Virus record (IMG/VR): IMGVR_UViG_3300032297_000372
Coordinates: 1 to 64,000 of that record
DNA from: a virus
Length of the DNA stretch: 64,000 nucleotides
Direction: 5' to 3' (one strand)
Under the pieces are notes generated by a model. It searched no databases, was not told the DNA's origin, and saw only the letters and a program-made list of their open reading frames with translations. A program made the translations under genes and the position numbers. This document shows, piece after piece, positions 25,485 through 34,912 of this stretch (its first letter is position 1; the number at the start of each line of letters is the position of its first letter).

Positions 25485-26216
25485 CTATACGAAAAAACTC
25501 TGTACTCCTTCGATAGTGATTTTATCTTCATGTCCGCATTTTGAACATTTAAAATCTAAATCTTTTTTTACTTTAGGCATTGAATCAAAAAATTCTTTAA
25601 TTAACTCTAAATGCTTTTGTTGTAGGTTATCGATGAACTCCACCAACTCTTCTTTAGGTACATCTTTACTATGATAAATCTGATCTTTATCAAAAATAAA
25701 ATCTACACAATTTAATAATAGTTCAAAAACCATTTCATTCTCATCCGTAGATTCGAGTTTTCTCATTATCTCAAATGTTGGATATTTTAATACCATACCC
25801 ATATTTTCAGAAATCATTATTTTGTTGGTATGATTCGGACCAAATTCAGGTTTAATATCTAAAACATTCAATTCATAATCTACATGACCTGAACATGTTT
25901 TAATTTCACCCTCACTATCCGTAATCTGATTATTACATTTGTACCGAATACTAACCATTTCGTTTACCGACCTAGCCCGTAGATTCAAGAAAAGAAATTC
26001 TAAATCAAATACAGGTAACGTATCGATATCAACTTCACTCAAAACGCAATTTCTTAAAATCTGTTTAATAGCATCAATCGTTTCTTTGACTTCAGTTCCT
26101 TGTGAAGCCATCAACAATAACTTTTGCTCTTTGACTAAGAACGGTCTAAACTTTACAGTCTTTTTATTAGAAGGTAATATTGCTTCATATACAGGCACAT
26201 CAATTTTTGGTAACAT
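25485..26216 (-). CDS. gp26: Baseplate hub protein/chaperone gp26
   Basis: LPKI..P.Y, FRPFLVKEQKLLL, FDLEFLFLNLRARSV.E, LKYP, CxxC, GVQSFF. Confidence 0.92.
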   Translation of the reverse strand: MLPKIDVPVYEAILPSNKKTVKFRPFLVKEQKLLLMASQGTEVKETIDAIKQILRNCVLSEVDIDTLPVFDLEFLFLNLRARSVNEMVSIRYKCNNQITDSEGEIKTCSGHVDYELNVLDIKPEFGPNHTNKIMISENMGMVLKYPTFEIMRKLESTDENEMVFELLLNCVDFIFDKDQIYHSKDVPKEELVEFIDNLQQKHLELIKEFFDSMPKVKKDLDFKCSKCGHEDKITIEGVQSFFV

Positions 26217-26228
26217 AGTATCTCCAGT

Positions 26229-26963
26229 TTAAAAAATATTTGCTATTGCGCTCTCCAATTGGCCACCTGCAAAAACACGGAATACTGTACCAATGTCATA
26301 CTCACCTGCATATATTGGTCTATATCTTTGATATGAGAATGTTACAGATAAACGATGAAAACCGTCATCAGCCCAACTCAGTGATTGTGCAGCAATAGCT
26401 GTAGGAAATGCGTCAATTAATTCTACGGCATAAACTTGTTTAATATAATCATCATATTGAATAACTTTTATATTTGTTGTGTATCTAGTATCCTCATCAC
26501 GAGGGAAACGTAAGTTGTTTGTATCTGGTGGCATGATTGCTTCCATCCAACGATCAAACAGTTTACGTTCATAGAAATCGTTAGTACATAAAAAACCTAA
26601 GGTTGATTCTGTGTAGTTTGTTTGATATGGAACTTTATATGTGGGACCATATATCTTAACATCACTTGTAGCTAATGACTTAGATGGCAATTCAGCTGTA
26701 TCACATTGTAAACCAAGATAACGTGATATTGAAGGATCACTATAATTTTTAGCATCTGAATTTCCATTAAATGTATTCGTCAAAGTCTCAGCAACAGAAG
26801 TTACAACAGCTCCTGGAATATTTAAGATTGAATCGAATACACTGGCTTCGACAAAGTTACCAATGTATTTTGGAATTGGCAATATCACCATGAAACGGTT
26901 AGGTCTGGCTAAACCACCTTTTCCTTTTACATGTGACAAGAATAAACCTGGTGCGAATGACAT
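26229..26963 (-). CDS. Tail tube-family protein (gp54/gp19-like)
   Basis: GGLARPNRF, CDTAELP, ERKLFDRW, L.DAFP, L.VTF.Y. Confidence 0.75.
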   Translation of the reverse strand: MSFAPGLFLSHVKGKGGLARPNRFMVILPIPKYIGNFVEASVFDSILNIPGAVVTSVAETLTNTFNGNSDAKNYSDPSISRYLGLQCDTAELPSKSLATSDVKIYGPTYKVPYQTNYTESTLGFLCTNDFYERKLFDRWMEAIMPPDTNNLRFPRDEDTRYTTNIKVIQYDDYIKQVYAVELIDAFPTAIAAQSLSWADDGFHRLSVTFSYQRYRPIYAGEYDIGTVFRVFAGGQLESAIANIF

Positions 26964-27541
26964 TAGAATTTTTTCCTTGATTCGTTGAATACGTGTTCTT
27001 TTGATTTTTTCTCAAAACTCTCTACAGGCAATATAGCAGCTATATCCCATTCATTCGCATTAATCTCTAAGAATCTAGATTTTACATGACTATACAAATA
27101 TCTTTTTATACATGGTGTTGCTTCAAATATACTTGATGCTGATTTAAGAGTTTGATAACTCAAACGCAATCTAGTAGTTTCATCGTACATTTTGTTATTG
27201 GTATATGTACTTAACTTATCCAATAAAATAAATCTTACCTTAGGTTCAACGTAATGTAAATTTAACCCCAGAAAACCATCACCGTATCTTTCGATGGGTA
27301 TAACTAATGGGAATTTATCGTAATACTTTAATTGATCTTTGGTCTTCGGGTCATAATAGTAAAAATACATTCTACCTATTATACTCTGGCTTCTAAGTCT
27401 CTCACGATCACTCATCAACGCACTAGGAGTCGCCTTGAGACTGTTTACCTTTGTTCTTAGCCATGTACGTGCATCTCTCGAACCGTTGATGTATCCAAGT
27501 CTGGAGAGTCTTTGATTTACGTTGTCTATTATAGTTGCCAT
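26963..27541 (-). CDS. gp2: DNA end protector gp2
   Basis: GRMYFYYYDPKTK..L.YYD.FPL, GFLGLNLHY, PCIKRYL, LPVE.F.K. Confidence 0.93.
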   Translation of the reverse strand: MATIIDNVNQRLSRLGYINGSRDARTWLRTKVNSLKATPSALMSDRERLRSQSIIGRMYFYYYDPKTKDQLKYYDKFPLVIPIERYGDGFLGLNLHYVEPKVRFILLDKLSTYTNNKMYDETTRLRLSYQTLKSASSIFEATPCIKRYLYSHVKSRFLEINANEWDIAAILPVESFEKKSKEHVFNESRKKF

Positions 27542-27545
27542 GATC

Positions 27546-27553
27546 TATTTATC
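27546..27553 (-). promoter_or_regulatory. T4-type late promoter
   Basis: GATAAATA 4 nt before the gp2 ATG. Confidence 0.6.
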
Positions 27554-27618
27554 TCAACCTCATTATTTACCTGCTTTTTTCGTACTTCGGAGCATAGATA
27601 TTGGTGTCCGGTTTGAAA

Positions 27619-28056
27619 TTAAATACCTAAATCCTTTTCCGTTATTACTTTAAACTTCCAACCTTTATCTATACAGTATTCATTAGCGTATTTCCACTTA
27701 GCCTGATTTACCGCATACGTCATGGCTTCTTTAATAAACTTCTGAGTTTTCTTTCTTTGGGTGGGCATTCTGGTCTGAACTTCTGGTTTTACCTCAAGTA
27801 CATATGTGGTAATCTTGTTATTTTTATCTCTTACCTTAATAATAAAGTCTGGAAAGTACCGATGAACTCTACCGTCAACGGGATTTAGATAAGGAATGAC
27901 CAACTCTTCAGAAGCAAAGTAAACGATGTCTGGATGGTCGTCCAACCACTTTAGGACTAGTAGCTCCCATGAGCTTCTGTAGATCACATTGTCAGGATCA
28001 CCAGCATACTTTTGCCTATTTTTTACTTTATATCTTCCTTGTTTATAATGTGCCAT
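27619..28056 (-). CDS. gp4: Head completion nuclease gp4
   Basis: KY.GDP..V.YRSSWE, SEE..IPY..P.DG..HRYFPDF, EVKP, NQAKW. Confidence 0.95.
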   Translation of the reverse strand: MAHYKQGRYKVKNRQKYAGDPDNVIYRSSWELLVLKWLDDHPDIVYFASEELVIPYLNPVDGRVHRYFPDFIIKVRDKNNKITTYVLEVKPEVQTRMPTQRKKTQKFIKEAMTYAVNQAKWKYANEYCIDKGWKFKVITEKDLGI

Positions 28057-28080
28057 TTGCGGTAATTTAGAAATTTGTAG

Positions 28081-28088
28081 TATAAATA
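28081..28088 (+). promoter_or_regulatory. T4-type late promoter for the baseplate operon
   Basis: Exact TATAAATA upstream of 28113. Confidence 0.75.
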
Positions 28089-28112
28089 TAGGTATTCAAC
28101 CTAGGATTATGT

Positions 28113-29372
28113 ATGCCAATTTTCAATCTTTTAGATGTTTCCGTTCAGGACAGTAAACGAAACCTGGAGGTAGCATCATCTTCAAATTTCGTTGGTGATT
28201 ATAGTACATCATCTAGAAGATATCCTATCGATGTTGGTACAAGTTCTGACAAAGGACATTATATGGTATTTCATATTAATGTTCAGAAAAAAACTAAGTA
28301 CAATCAAGATTATGAATATTCTTCTGACGAGCCAACTATATTTGCTTCAAGAGCGAGAACAGCAGCAGAAGCTGGAACCTCTACAAGCGTGGCGGATGCT
28401 GGTGGACAAGCATTAGAGACTGGTATTAAACTTGCTGAAGGTACCGGTAAAGCAATACAAAACTATACTTCCGGTTTAGTTAATAACGCAGAGTCATTAT
28501 CAGCTAAACAAAAAGCAATGGCTGGCGGAGCAATCGACACAGCTTCTTCATTTTCTTCAGGCGCTTCTAGTTTTCTAAAAGAATCACGTTCGAATTTAAA
28601 TCAAGCTGGTTTTATGAGAACGATTAGAAGAACTAAAGATACTATTGCATTGTACATGCCAGATACATTGGCATTTACACAAAATCAAAATTATGGTCAA
28701 GTTGGATTTGGTGGAGGACTTCTTGCTGCAGCTGCGGCAGGTGCATCAGCATTAAATAGATTTAAAGGAATGCCTGCTGATAAAATTGCCAATGAACTTG
28801 GACAAAACTTAACTCCATTTTTGGCAGCAGCATTACAAGACCCTCAATTAAAAGCATTAGCTACTGGAGCGTTTGGTACAGTTGTTAATCCTCAATTAGA
28901 AGCAGTTTATACTACACCCGATTTTAGAAGTTTTAGTTTTGAATTTATGTTTTACCCAAGATCGCAAAGAGAAGCTCTAGAAGTGCATGAAATTATTCGA
29001 TTGTTTAAATTTCACCAAGCACCAGAAGTTCTCTCATCTAAATTTGCAGGTGGTGTTGGTGGTTTCTTTTTAGTACCACCTTCTGAATTTGATATTCAAT
29101 TCTATTACAACGGTAGAGAAAATCCAAACATACCTAGAATATCTACATGTGCATTAACTAGCATGTCTGTAGATTATTCACCGAATGGTTTTGCTACATA
29201 TGAAACATTGTCATCGAAACCTACCGTAGGCGGTACAGGTACGCCAGTTGCTATGAGAATGAATTTGCAGTTTAAAGAACTCGAAATACTCACTAAGTCT
29301 AATTTTAGAAAATCTGAAAACCAACAGAATCAAGATGCTGGAATAACTCCTATTCCGAATAACTTTGCGTAG
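28113..29372 (+). CDS. gp48: Baseplate tail-tube cap gp48
   Basis: YP.D, IALYMP, NP.LE..Y..P.FRSF.F.F...PRS..EA, P..F.I.F, L.FKELE. Confidence 0.88.
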   Translation: MPIFNLLDVSVQDSKRNLEVASSSNFVGDYSTSSRRYPIDVGTSSDKGHYMVFHINVQKKTKYNQDYEYSSDEPTIFASRARTAAEAGTSTSVADAGGQALETGIKLAEGTGKAIQNYTSGLVNNAESLSAKQKAMAGGAIDTASSFSSGASSFLKESRSNLNQAGFMRTIRRTKDTIALYMPDTLAFTQNQNYGQVGFGGGLLAAAAAGASALNRFKGMPADKIANELGQNLTPFLAAALQDPQLKALATGAFGTVVNPQLEAVYTTPDFRSFSFEFMFYPRSQREALEVHEIIRLFKFHQAPEVLSSKFAGGVGGFFLVPPSEFDIQFYYNGRENPNIPRISTCALTSMSVDYSPNGFATYETLSSKPTVGGTGTPVAMRMNLQFKELEILTKSNFRKSENQQNQDAGITPIPNNFA

Positions 29373-29377
29373 AAAAA

Positions 29378-30025
29378 ATGGCAAAATTTTACAAATACTA
29401 TCCTAAAACACAATATTATATTGATGAAGAATCCACTTCGGTTGATACTTTAACCAATCTAACAACGTTTTTTAGTTTCGAACAGGATTTTAAAAATAAT
29501 TCAGTGGTGTTTGATACGTATTCAGTACAAGAGAATGAAACACCTGAAATATTAGCACATAAGTTTTATGGCTCATCCGAAAAACATTGGATTATTTTAT
29601 TGATGAACGATATAGTTAATCCATTATCAGATTGGCCTTTACCTTCTACTAGTTTAGAAAAGTATATTGATGTTAAGTATCGTGCAGCTTCTTATGCCAA
29701 TAATTCAAATGTTGGTACAGGCACAACTTGGGCAAGAACTAACACTTACGGTTATTTTGTAACCGAGTCAAAGAAAAACTCTAATAATCAAGTTGTCGAT
29801 TCAGTCACATATCAAGTGAATGCTGCAACTTATGCTAATACATCAACAAACACATCAACATATACATTACAGAGTGGTGATGTATATACATTCTTAGTAA
29901 GTAAAGAAACTAAAACTTATTATCAATATGAAGATGAATTGAACGAATCAAAACGAGAGATTAAAATATTGAAACCTGATTTTGTCGGTACTGTAGATCA
30001 AGAATTTCGTAATATAATGACATGA
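29378..30025 (+). CDS. gp53: Baseplate wedge gp53
   Basis: ETPEILAHKFYG...HWIILLMN.I..P..DWP; YQYE..LNE.KR.I..LKP. Confidence 0.92.
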   Translation: MAKFYKYYPKTQYYIDEESTSVDTLTNLTTFFSFEQDFKNNSVVFDTYSVQENETPEILAHKFYGSSEKHWIILLMNDIVNPLSDWPLPSTSLEKYIDVKYRAASYANNSNVGTGTTWARTNTYGYFVTESKKNSNNQVVDSVTYQVNAATYANTSTNTSTYTLQSGDVYTFLVSKETKTYYQYEDELNESKREIKILKPDFVGTVDQEFRNIMT

Positions 30026-31365
30026 GTGAAACTACAATAACACAACCTTCGCAGTTTGTTATAGAAGAACTTTCTATAATAACCAAACGAGAGCAAATAC
30101 TTGATATTACAGCAATGTATGTTGAGATAGATATTTTTGACAGCATCTATTCACCATGTATTACGGGTAGCATTCTTATACAAGATTCGGTTAACTTGTC
30201 TGAGAAATTGTTATTCGATGGTTCTGAAGTATTACGAATGAAGATTAGTAAATCTGAGAACTTTGTGTCGATAGAAAAATCATTTAGAATCTACAAACAA
30301 AGTGAGAGGAAAAACGTATCACAAACAAGTGAAAGTTATATTCTGTATTTCTGTTCAGAAGAGTTGGTCTTGTCTGAACAAATGAAACTATCAAAATCAT
30401 TCACTACAACATACTCTGAGGCTGCACTTAGAATAATGTCTCAGTATTTGGGAATAACGGCAAAGAATTTAGGTGCTTTTAAAGATTCACAAGGTATTAG
30501 AAAAATATCTATACCGACTTTGACCCCATTAGAATCGATACGTTGGTGTGCATCTAAAGCCTTAGATGAAAATCTTTCTCCGTGTTTTTTGTTTTTTGAA
30601 AATCGAGATGGGTATAATTTTACCTCATTGAATCAAATTTACAGCAGACCTAATATTGTCAATGTCAATCTTACAGTAAAAAATTTAAGTGATTCAACTC
30701 AATTTGAACATTTGCGTGGTGTTAAACATTTTGAAGTGAAAAAACAAAATAACTTTTTAGACAATGTTAGAAAAGGTGTATATGCTGGTACATTTATTGG
30801 GTTTGATCCATTAACAAAAACCATAACTGTGGAGAATTTAGATTATGCTGACCATTACAATACTATTCCTAATCATCTTAATAAGAGTCCTTTATTAACA
30901 GAAATAGAGAATCGTGTAGGTTTAAAAAATACAGAAATGTTTAATTCCAAAATTGTAATTCATCCTTTTCAAACATCGAGACGAGATAGTTCTTTTATTA
31001 AAACCGGTGATAGTGAGTCTATTACATTTTTAGAAATGACCGAAAAGATTAAGTTTCAAAGATCCGCAATATTCGACTCTTTGAATACAAGACAAATAAA
31101 AATGGTATTAAATGGTGATTTTGATATAACATGTGGTAGAAGTATTGGTGTATTTGTTCCCACTAGAGGTTATAAATCAGAAGATGAAGATTCTTATGAT
31201 AAATCTTTAACTGGAAACTATTTAATAACTGCAACTAGGCATATACTTAAAGCAAAAAATAACATGCATGAAGTGGTCGTTGAAGCTGTAACAGATTCGA
31301 CTAATTCTACTGAAAATAAAAATGCATATTATTCTAGCTCACGTATGCAAACTATATCAGGTTAA
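30022..31365 (+). CDS. Baseplate hub protein (gp27-like)
   Basis: Lies between gp53 and gp5; IFDSI.SP.ITG, FLFFENRDGYNF.S, LTGNYLIT..RH. Confidence 0.7.
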   Translation: MSETTITQPSQFVIEELSIITKREQILDITAMYVEIDIFDSIYSPCITGSILIQDSVNLSEKLLFDGSEVLRMKISKSENFVSIEKSFRIYKQSERKNVSQTSESYILYFCSEELVLSEQMKLSKSFTTTYSEAALRIMSQYLGITAKNLGAFKDSQGIRKISIPTLTPLESIRWCASKALDENLSPCFLFFENRDGYNFTSLNQIYSRPNIVNVNLTVKNLSDSTQFEHLRGVKHFEVKKQNNFLDNVRKGVYAGTFIGFDPLTKTITVENLDYADHYNTIPNHLNKSPLLTEIENRVGLKNTEMFNSKIVIHPFQTSRRDSSFIKTGDSESITFLEMTEKIKFQRSAIFDSLNTRQIKMVLNGDFDITCGRSIGVFVPTRGYKSEDEDSYDKSLTGNYLITATRHILKAKNNMHEVVVEAVTDSTNSTENKNAYYSSSRMQTISG

Positions 31366-31367
31366 AA

Positions 31368-32732
31368 ATGGCTCACGATTATAGACTTAATAATTTTTGG
31401 TACGGTGTTGTTGAAGATAATAAAGATCCTTCAGCTTTAGGAAGAGTTAGAGTTCGTAGATTAGATCAAACACCTGATCGACAACAACTTCCTACAGGTT
31501 CTTTGCCATGGTCTGTTGCTTTTGAAAATTGTTCATTACAATTAAATGATTTTGTTTATGGTAATTATCTTGATGACACAGGCACTTTAAACGTACAAGG
31601 TAAATATACCGGTGAATTGTCTTTGCCGGCTAATGACACATCAATTAATATTGTTAATAATTACTACAAAAAAGTTTGGCAACACTATCCAATCGCAATG
31701 CAAGAGTTGTATAAAGCTGGTGTTCCTAGAGATTTAAATTGGCTGAAACTTAGGGAAGATTTGCATAGAGATCCTGTTGGATTAGTTATCTTCGAAAAAA
31801 CGCTTAGAAAAGTTTATGAAGAAATTGATACAACTGAAGATAAGAAAAAGTCGAGATATGATTACATCAAAAATGTTTTAAATAATTATTCCACTTACAA
31901 ATTTAATGACATTCAAATAAAAATATTATTATCGAGAAATGAAAATCCTGGTTGGGGTGTAACTCCTTCTATTGCTGAAGCACTCATAGATCCAACATCA
32001 CCTTACGGAACAATTACAAGTGCATCTCAATTTCATGGTTGTGGTGCTATTGCTCCATTAGCTTCAGCTGCCAAAAGTATGTCTAGTACATCTGACCTAG
32101 ATAGAGGTAATGGAAATCCAAATAACAATCCTGCATATAAAGGTTCAACAGTTGAATTAGCAGATAAAAATAGAGTGCATGTTTGTAGTATATCACAATC
32201 AACAAAACAAGCAATCTATGAATTTGTTTTATTAGTTCGACAAGCTGTTGCAGCAATACGTGATAAATTAGAAGCTGCTTTTGCTAGTGAGTCTGCATCT
32301 CCATTATTGCAAACTATACGAAATAAAATACGAAAGTTTGCTAGAGAATTAAAACGAATTCTAAAACTTGTAAAGATAATTAAGAAGTTAGTTACGGCAA
32401 TACAAGAATTGATTAAACTTGCCGCAGAAATTTTAAAATGGATATTATCTTTACCTGCGATTCTTGCATCTATTGTGGCTCAGTGTGCATCTGAATTGAT
32501 TTCAGAACTCAAGTCGGCAATTGCTGGTGGTATTGTAAGTGGTATTGTGAGTGATACACAACCTCCAACAATTATAGATAGATTCTCCGATTCATTTCAA
32601 AACGTGCAAGATCAATTTGATGCTACAGCAAATGCAACACAAGATTTTTTCAATGGAATATCTTCACCAGATGTAGAATCGGATATATTATCTCAAAACA
32701 TGACTACTGATTTAACAACCTTTCAAGCTTAA
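31368..32732 (+). CDS. gp5: Central spike gp5, N-terminal (OB-fold) part with unknown extension
   Basis: WYGVVEDNKDP..LGRVRVR...LPWS; no lysozyme domain recognisable. Confidence 0.7.
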   Translation: MAHDYRLNNFWYGVVEDNKDPSALGRVRVRRLDQTPDRQQLPTGSLPWSVAFENCSLQLNDFVYGNYLDDTGTLNVQGKYTGELSLPANDTSINIVNNYYKKVWQHYPIAMQELYKAGVPRDLNWLKLREDLHRDPVGLVIFEKTLRKVYEEIDTTEDKKKSRYDYIKNVLNNYSTYKFNDIQIKILLSRNENPGWGVTPSIAEALIDPTSPYGTITSASQFHGCGAIAPLASAAKSMSSTSDLDRGNGNPNNNPAYKGSTVELADKNRVHVCSISQSTKQAIYEFVLLVRQAVAAIRDKLEAAFASESASPLLQTIRNKIRKFARELKRILKLVKIIKKLVTAIQELIKLAAEILKWILSLPAILASIVAQCASELISELKSAIAGGIVSGIVSDTQPPTIIDRFSDSFQNVQDQFDATANATQDFFNGISSPDVESDILSQNMTTDLTTFQA

Positions 32733-32741
32733 TATAAAATT

Positions 32742-33671
32742 ATGACAATTAATACCAATACATATCTTGACAATAGACCTGAAGGTATTGAAACGTGGAT
32801 TGAACCCGAATCTCAATTAAAATATTCTAAACATCCTCACAATAAAGTTATAGCACAAACACCATCAGGCAGTTCATTTCATATGGACTCAACACCTGAA
32901 TATGAACATCACCGAATACAACATCGATCAGGTTCTTATACAGAAGTGCAGAATGACGGTACTGAAGTACATAAAATTGTAGGTGATGGATATGAAATTA
33001 TATCTAAAAATAAAAATGTATTAATTAAAGGTTATTGTAACATTACCATTGAGGGTAATTGTACAATGCATGTTAAAGGTGATTATGTCCAACGTATTGA
33101 TGGAGATTTTTTCCAAGAAATTCGAGGAGATTCCACAACATATGTTGCTGGAGATTGTTCAGTAAGTTCTTCCGGTGATATGGATTTATCTGTAGGTGGT
33201 TTGTTAAGTGATATAACACTTTCATCATCTGAGGGAGTTCAAGTGCATGGTGACTTAGATGTAACAGGTAAAATTGCTACTAAAAGTGACATACACGCTG
33301 AAAAAAATATTACATCATCACAAAAAGTAACTTCGATTATGGGTCTTGCTACTATGGGAGGTTTAAGTATAGGAGGAATTCCGGCAGACTTAAATACTCC
33401 AGCCCCTGGTTTTATTGTTGGAGCAATTCAATTGGATGTTCCTACGATTAATGCAATTAACATTAAAACTGAGGCTTTAGAAACTAATTTTATGACATGC
33501 ACATCATCAATCGCAACTGGTTCTTTATTTTCTCCAGGAATTGTTGATGCTGCTATCATAGCTGATTTGGGCGGTACATTGGGTACTCTAAGAAGTAGAT
33601 ACAATTCTCACTTACATGGCGGTGTAGAACCAGGTGCTGGGTTTACAAGTGCCACCACAGCAGCGGCTTAA
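32742..33671 (+). CDS. Central spike gp5, C-terminal beta-helix part with HxH tip
   Basis: HNKV..TPSG..F..D.TP, HRSGSYTE...DG...KIVGD.YEI, I.G repeats, YNSHLHGGV. Confidence 0.8.
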   Translation: MTINTNTYLDNRPEGIETWIEPESQLKYSKHPHNKVIAQTPSGSSFHMDSTPEYEHHRIQHRSGSYTEVQNDGTEVHKIVGDGYEIISKNKNVLIKGYCNITIEGNCTMHVKGDYVQRIDGDFFQEIRGDSTTYVAGDCSVSSSGDMDLSVGGLLSDITLSSSEGVQVHGDLDVTGKIATKSDIHAEKNITSSQKVTSIMGLATMGGLSIGGIPADLNTPAPGFIVGAIQLDVPTINAINIKTEALETNFMTCTSSIATGSLFSPGIVDAAIIADLGGTLGTLRSRYNSHLHGGVEPGAGFTSATTAAA

Positions 33672-33680
33672 GGAAAATAA

Positions 33681-34496
33681 ATGAGTGTATCTAGTAGAGT
33701 ACCTGTTAATTTTGATACTGATAAATTTGGTGATATTATTACCATCAGTGAAGCAAATCGCAAGTATTTAAATCTAAACATAACTAGCGTTGCAACTTGG
33801 CAAAAAGATGATTTGGCCAATAATTCTGTTAGTAGAGATGATTATTTCTTTAATCCTGTAAGTGCAAACGTAGGATCCATGAGCGCAAATGTAATTTCTA
33901 TTATTGCAATTGTTAATAATGATCCTAGTAATGTTTTTCCCACAATACCTACAGAGATTGCAGGATTGTCTGCTGCTGCAAATGGATTGTTTAATGAGAT
34001 AACTTGTTTCACAGAACATACAAATAGAATGTCAGGTTTAACCGCAGCCAACTCTATATCAAATGTATTTTATCCAGATCAATCGATGGTAATATCGACA
34101 ACTACATCAGCATTCAATATTGTTGCTGGTTCTGATGGTGTTACTGATAAATCTATAGTTATGGGTGCTTTTACTAGTTTGTTTATAAATGATGAGATAT
34201 CATCAAATGCCAGAATCTTAGGTTCTGATTATGCAAATATAGTTTCTTCAATTGTAGGTATTGTGAGTACTATGAACGCAGGAGATATTACTGCAATTAA
34301 TGTACATATTAATACAGCAAATACTTTGTTAAATCAAAGAAGAACTGCCGATTACAATCATTATTTGGCTTGCAAGAGTTTACAATCTGATTATTCTTTC
34401 TTAAATAGCATAAAAAATACCGTTTCGGCAGGTCAAAGTTTAATGGTTAATTTGACAGGAACTCAAAAATTAAAGGATATTCTGGCAAATACCTGA
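33681..34496 (+). CDS. Putative virion protein
   Basis: Between gp5 and gp25; Asn/Ser/Ile-rich. Confidence 0.6.
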   Translation: MSVSSRVPVNFDTDKFGDIITISEANRKYLNLNITSVATWQKDDLANNSVSRDDYFFNPVSANVGSMSANVISIIAIVNNDPSNVFPTIPTEIAGLSAAANGLFNEITCFTEHTNRMSGLTAANSISNVFYPDQSMVISTTTSAFNIVAGSDGVTDKSIVMGAFTSLFINDEISSNARILGSDYANIVSSIVGIVSTMNAGDITAINVHINTANTLLNQRRTADYNHYLACKSLQSDYSFLNSIKNTVSAGQSLMVNLTGTQKLKDILANT

Positions 34497-34507
34497 ATAA
34501 ATAAGAC

Positions 34508-34912
34508 ATGGCACTCGTAACTACCCAAATACCGCAGAGATATAAAGACTTGGATTTGAGCTTTACTGCTCATCCAATCAAAAAGGACGTCAATACGTTT
34601 GTCGATGATACTGCTATTATCAATTCGATTAAGAACTTAATATTGACAAACCACTACGAAAGACCTTTCAATCCAGACCTAGGTTCAAATGTTCGTAAGT
34701 TGTTATTTGAAAATATAGATGCCGTGACTGCAATTATGATAGAACGTGAGATAACTCAGACTATCGCAAACTTTGAACCTAGAGTAAATGTAATTGGAAC
34801 GACTGTAATACCAGACTATACAAATAATGGTTTTACCGTACAATTATATTTCAGTATAATCAACCGAACAGAGCCAATAACAATTAATTTCTTCCTAGAA
34901 CGAGCACGATAA
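34508..34912 (+). CDS. gp25: Baseplate wedge gp25
   Basis: YKDLDLSF..HP, I.NSIKNLILT...ERPF.P..GS, FEPRV; AATAAATA 4 nt upstream. Confidence 0.95.
   Translation: MALVTTQIPQRYKDLDLSFTAHPIKKDVNTFVDDTAIINSIKNLILTNHYERPFNPDLGSNVRKLLFENIDAVTAIMIEREITQTIANFEPRVNVIGTTVIPDYTNNGFTVQLYFSIINRTEPITINFFLERAR

Noticed and set aside
25290-25674. Plus-strand ORFs 25290-25544 and 25474-25674
   Set aside because: Antisense to gp51/gp26, which carry recognisable conserved motifs
27619-28056. TnsA-like transposase
   Set aside because: Motifs and position next to gp2 identify it as head completion protein gp4; no transposon ends or partner genes
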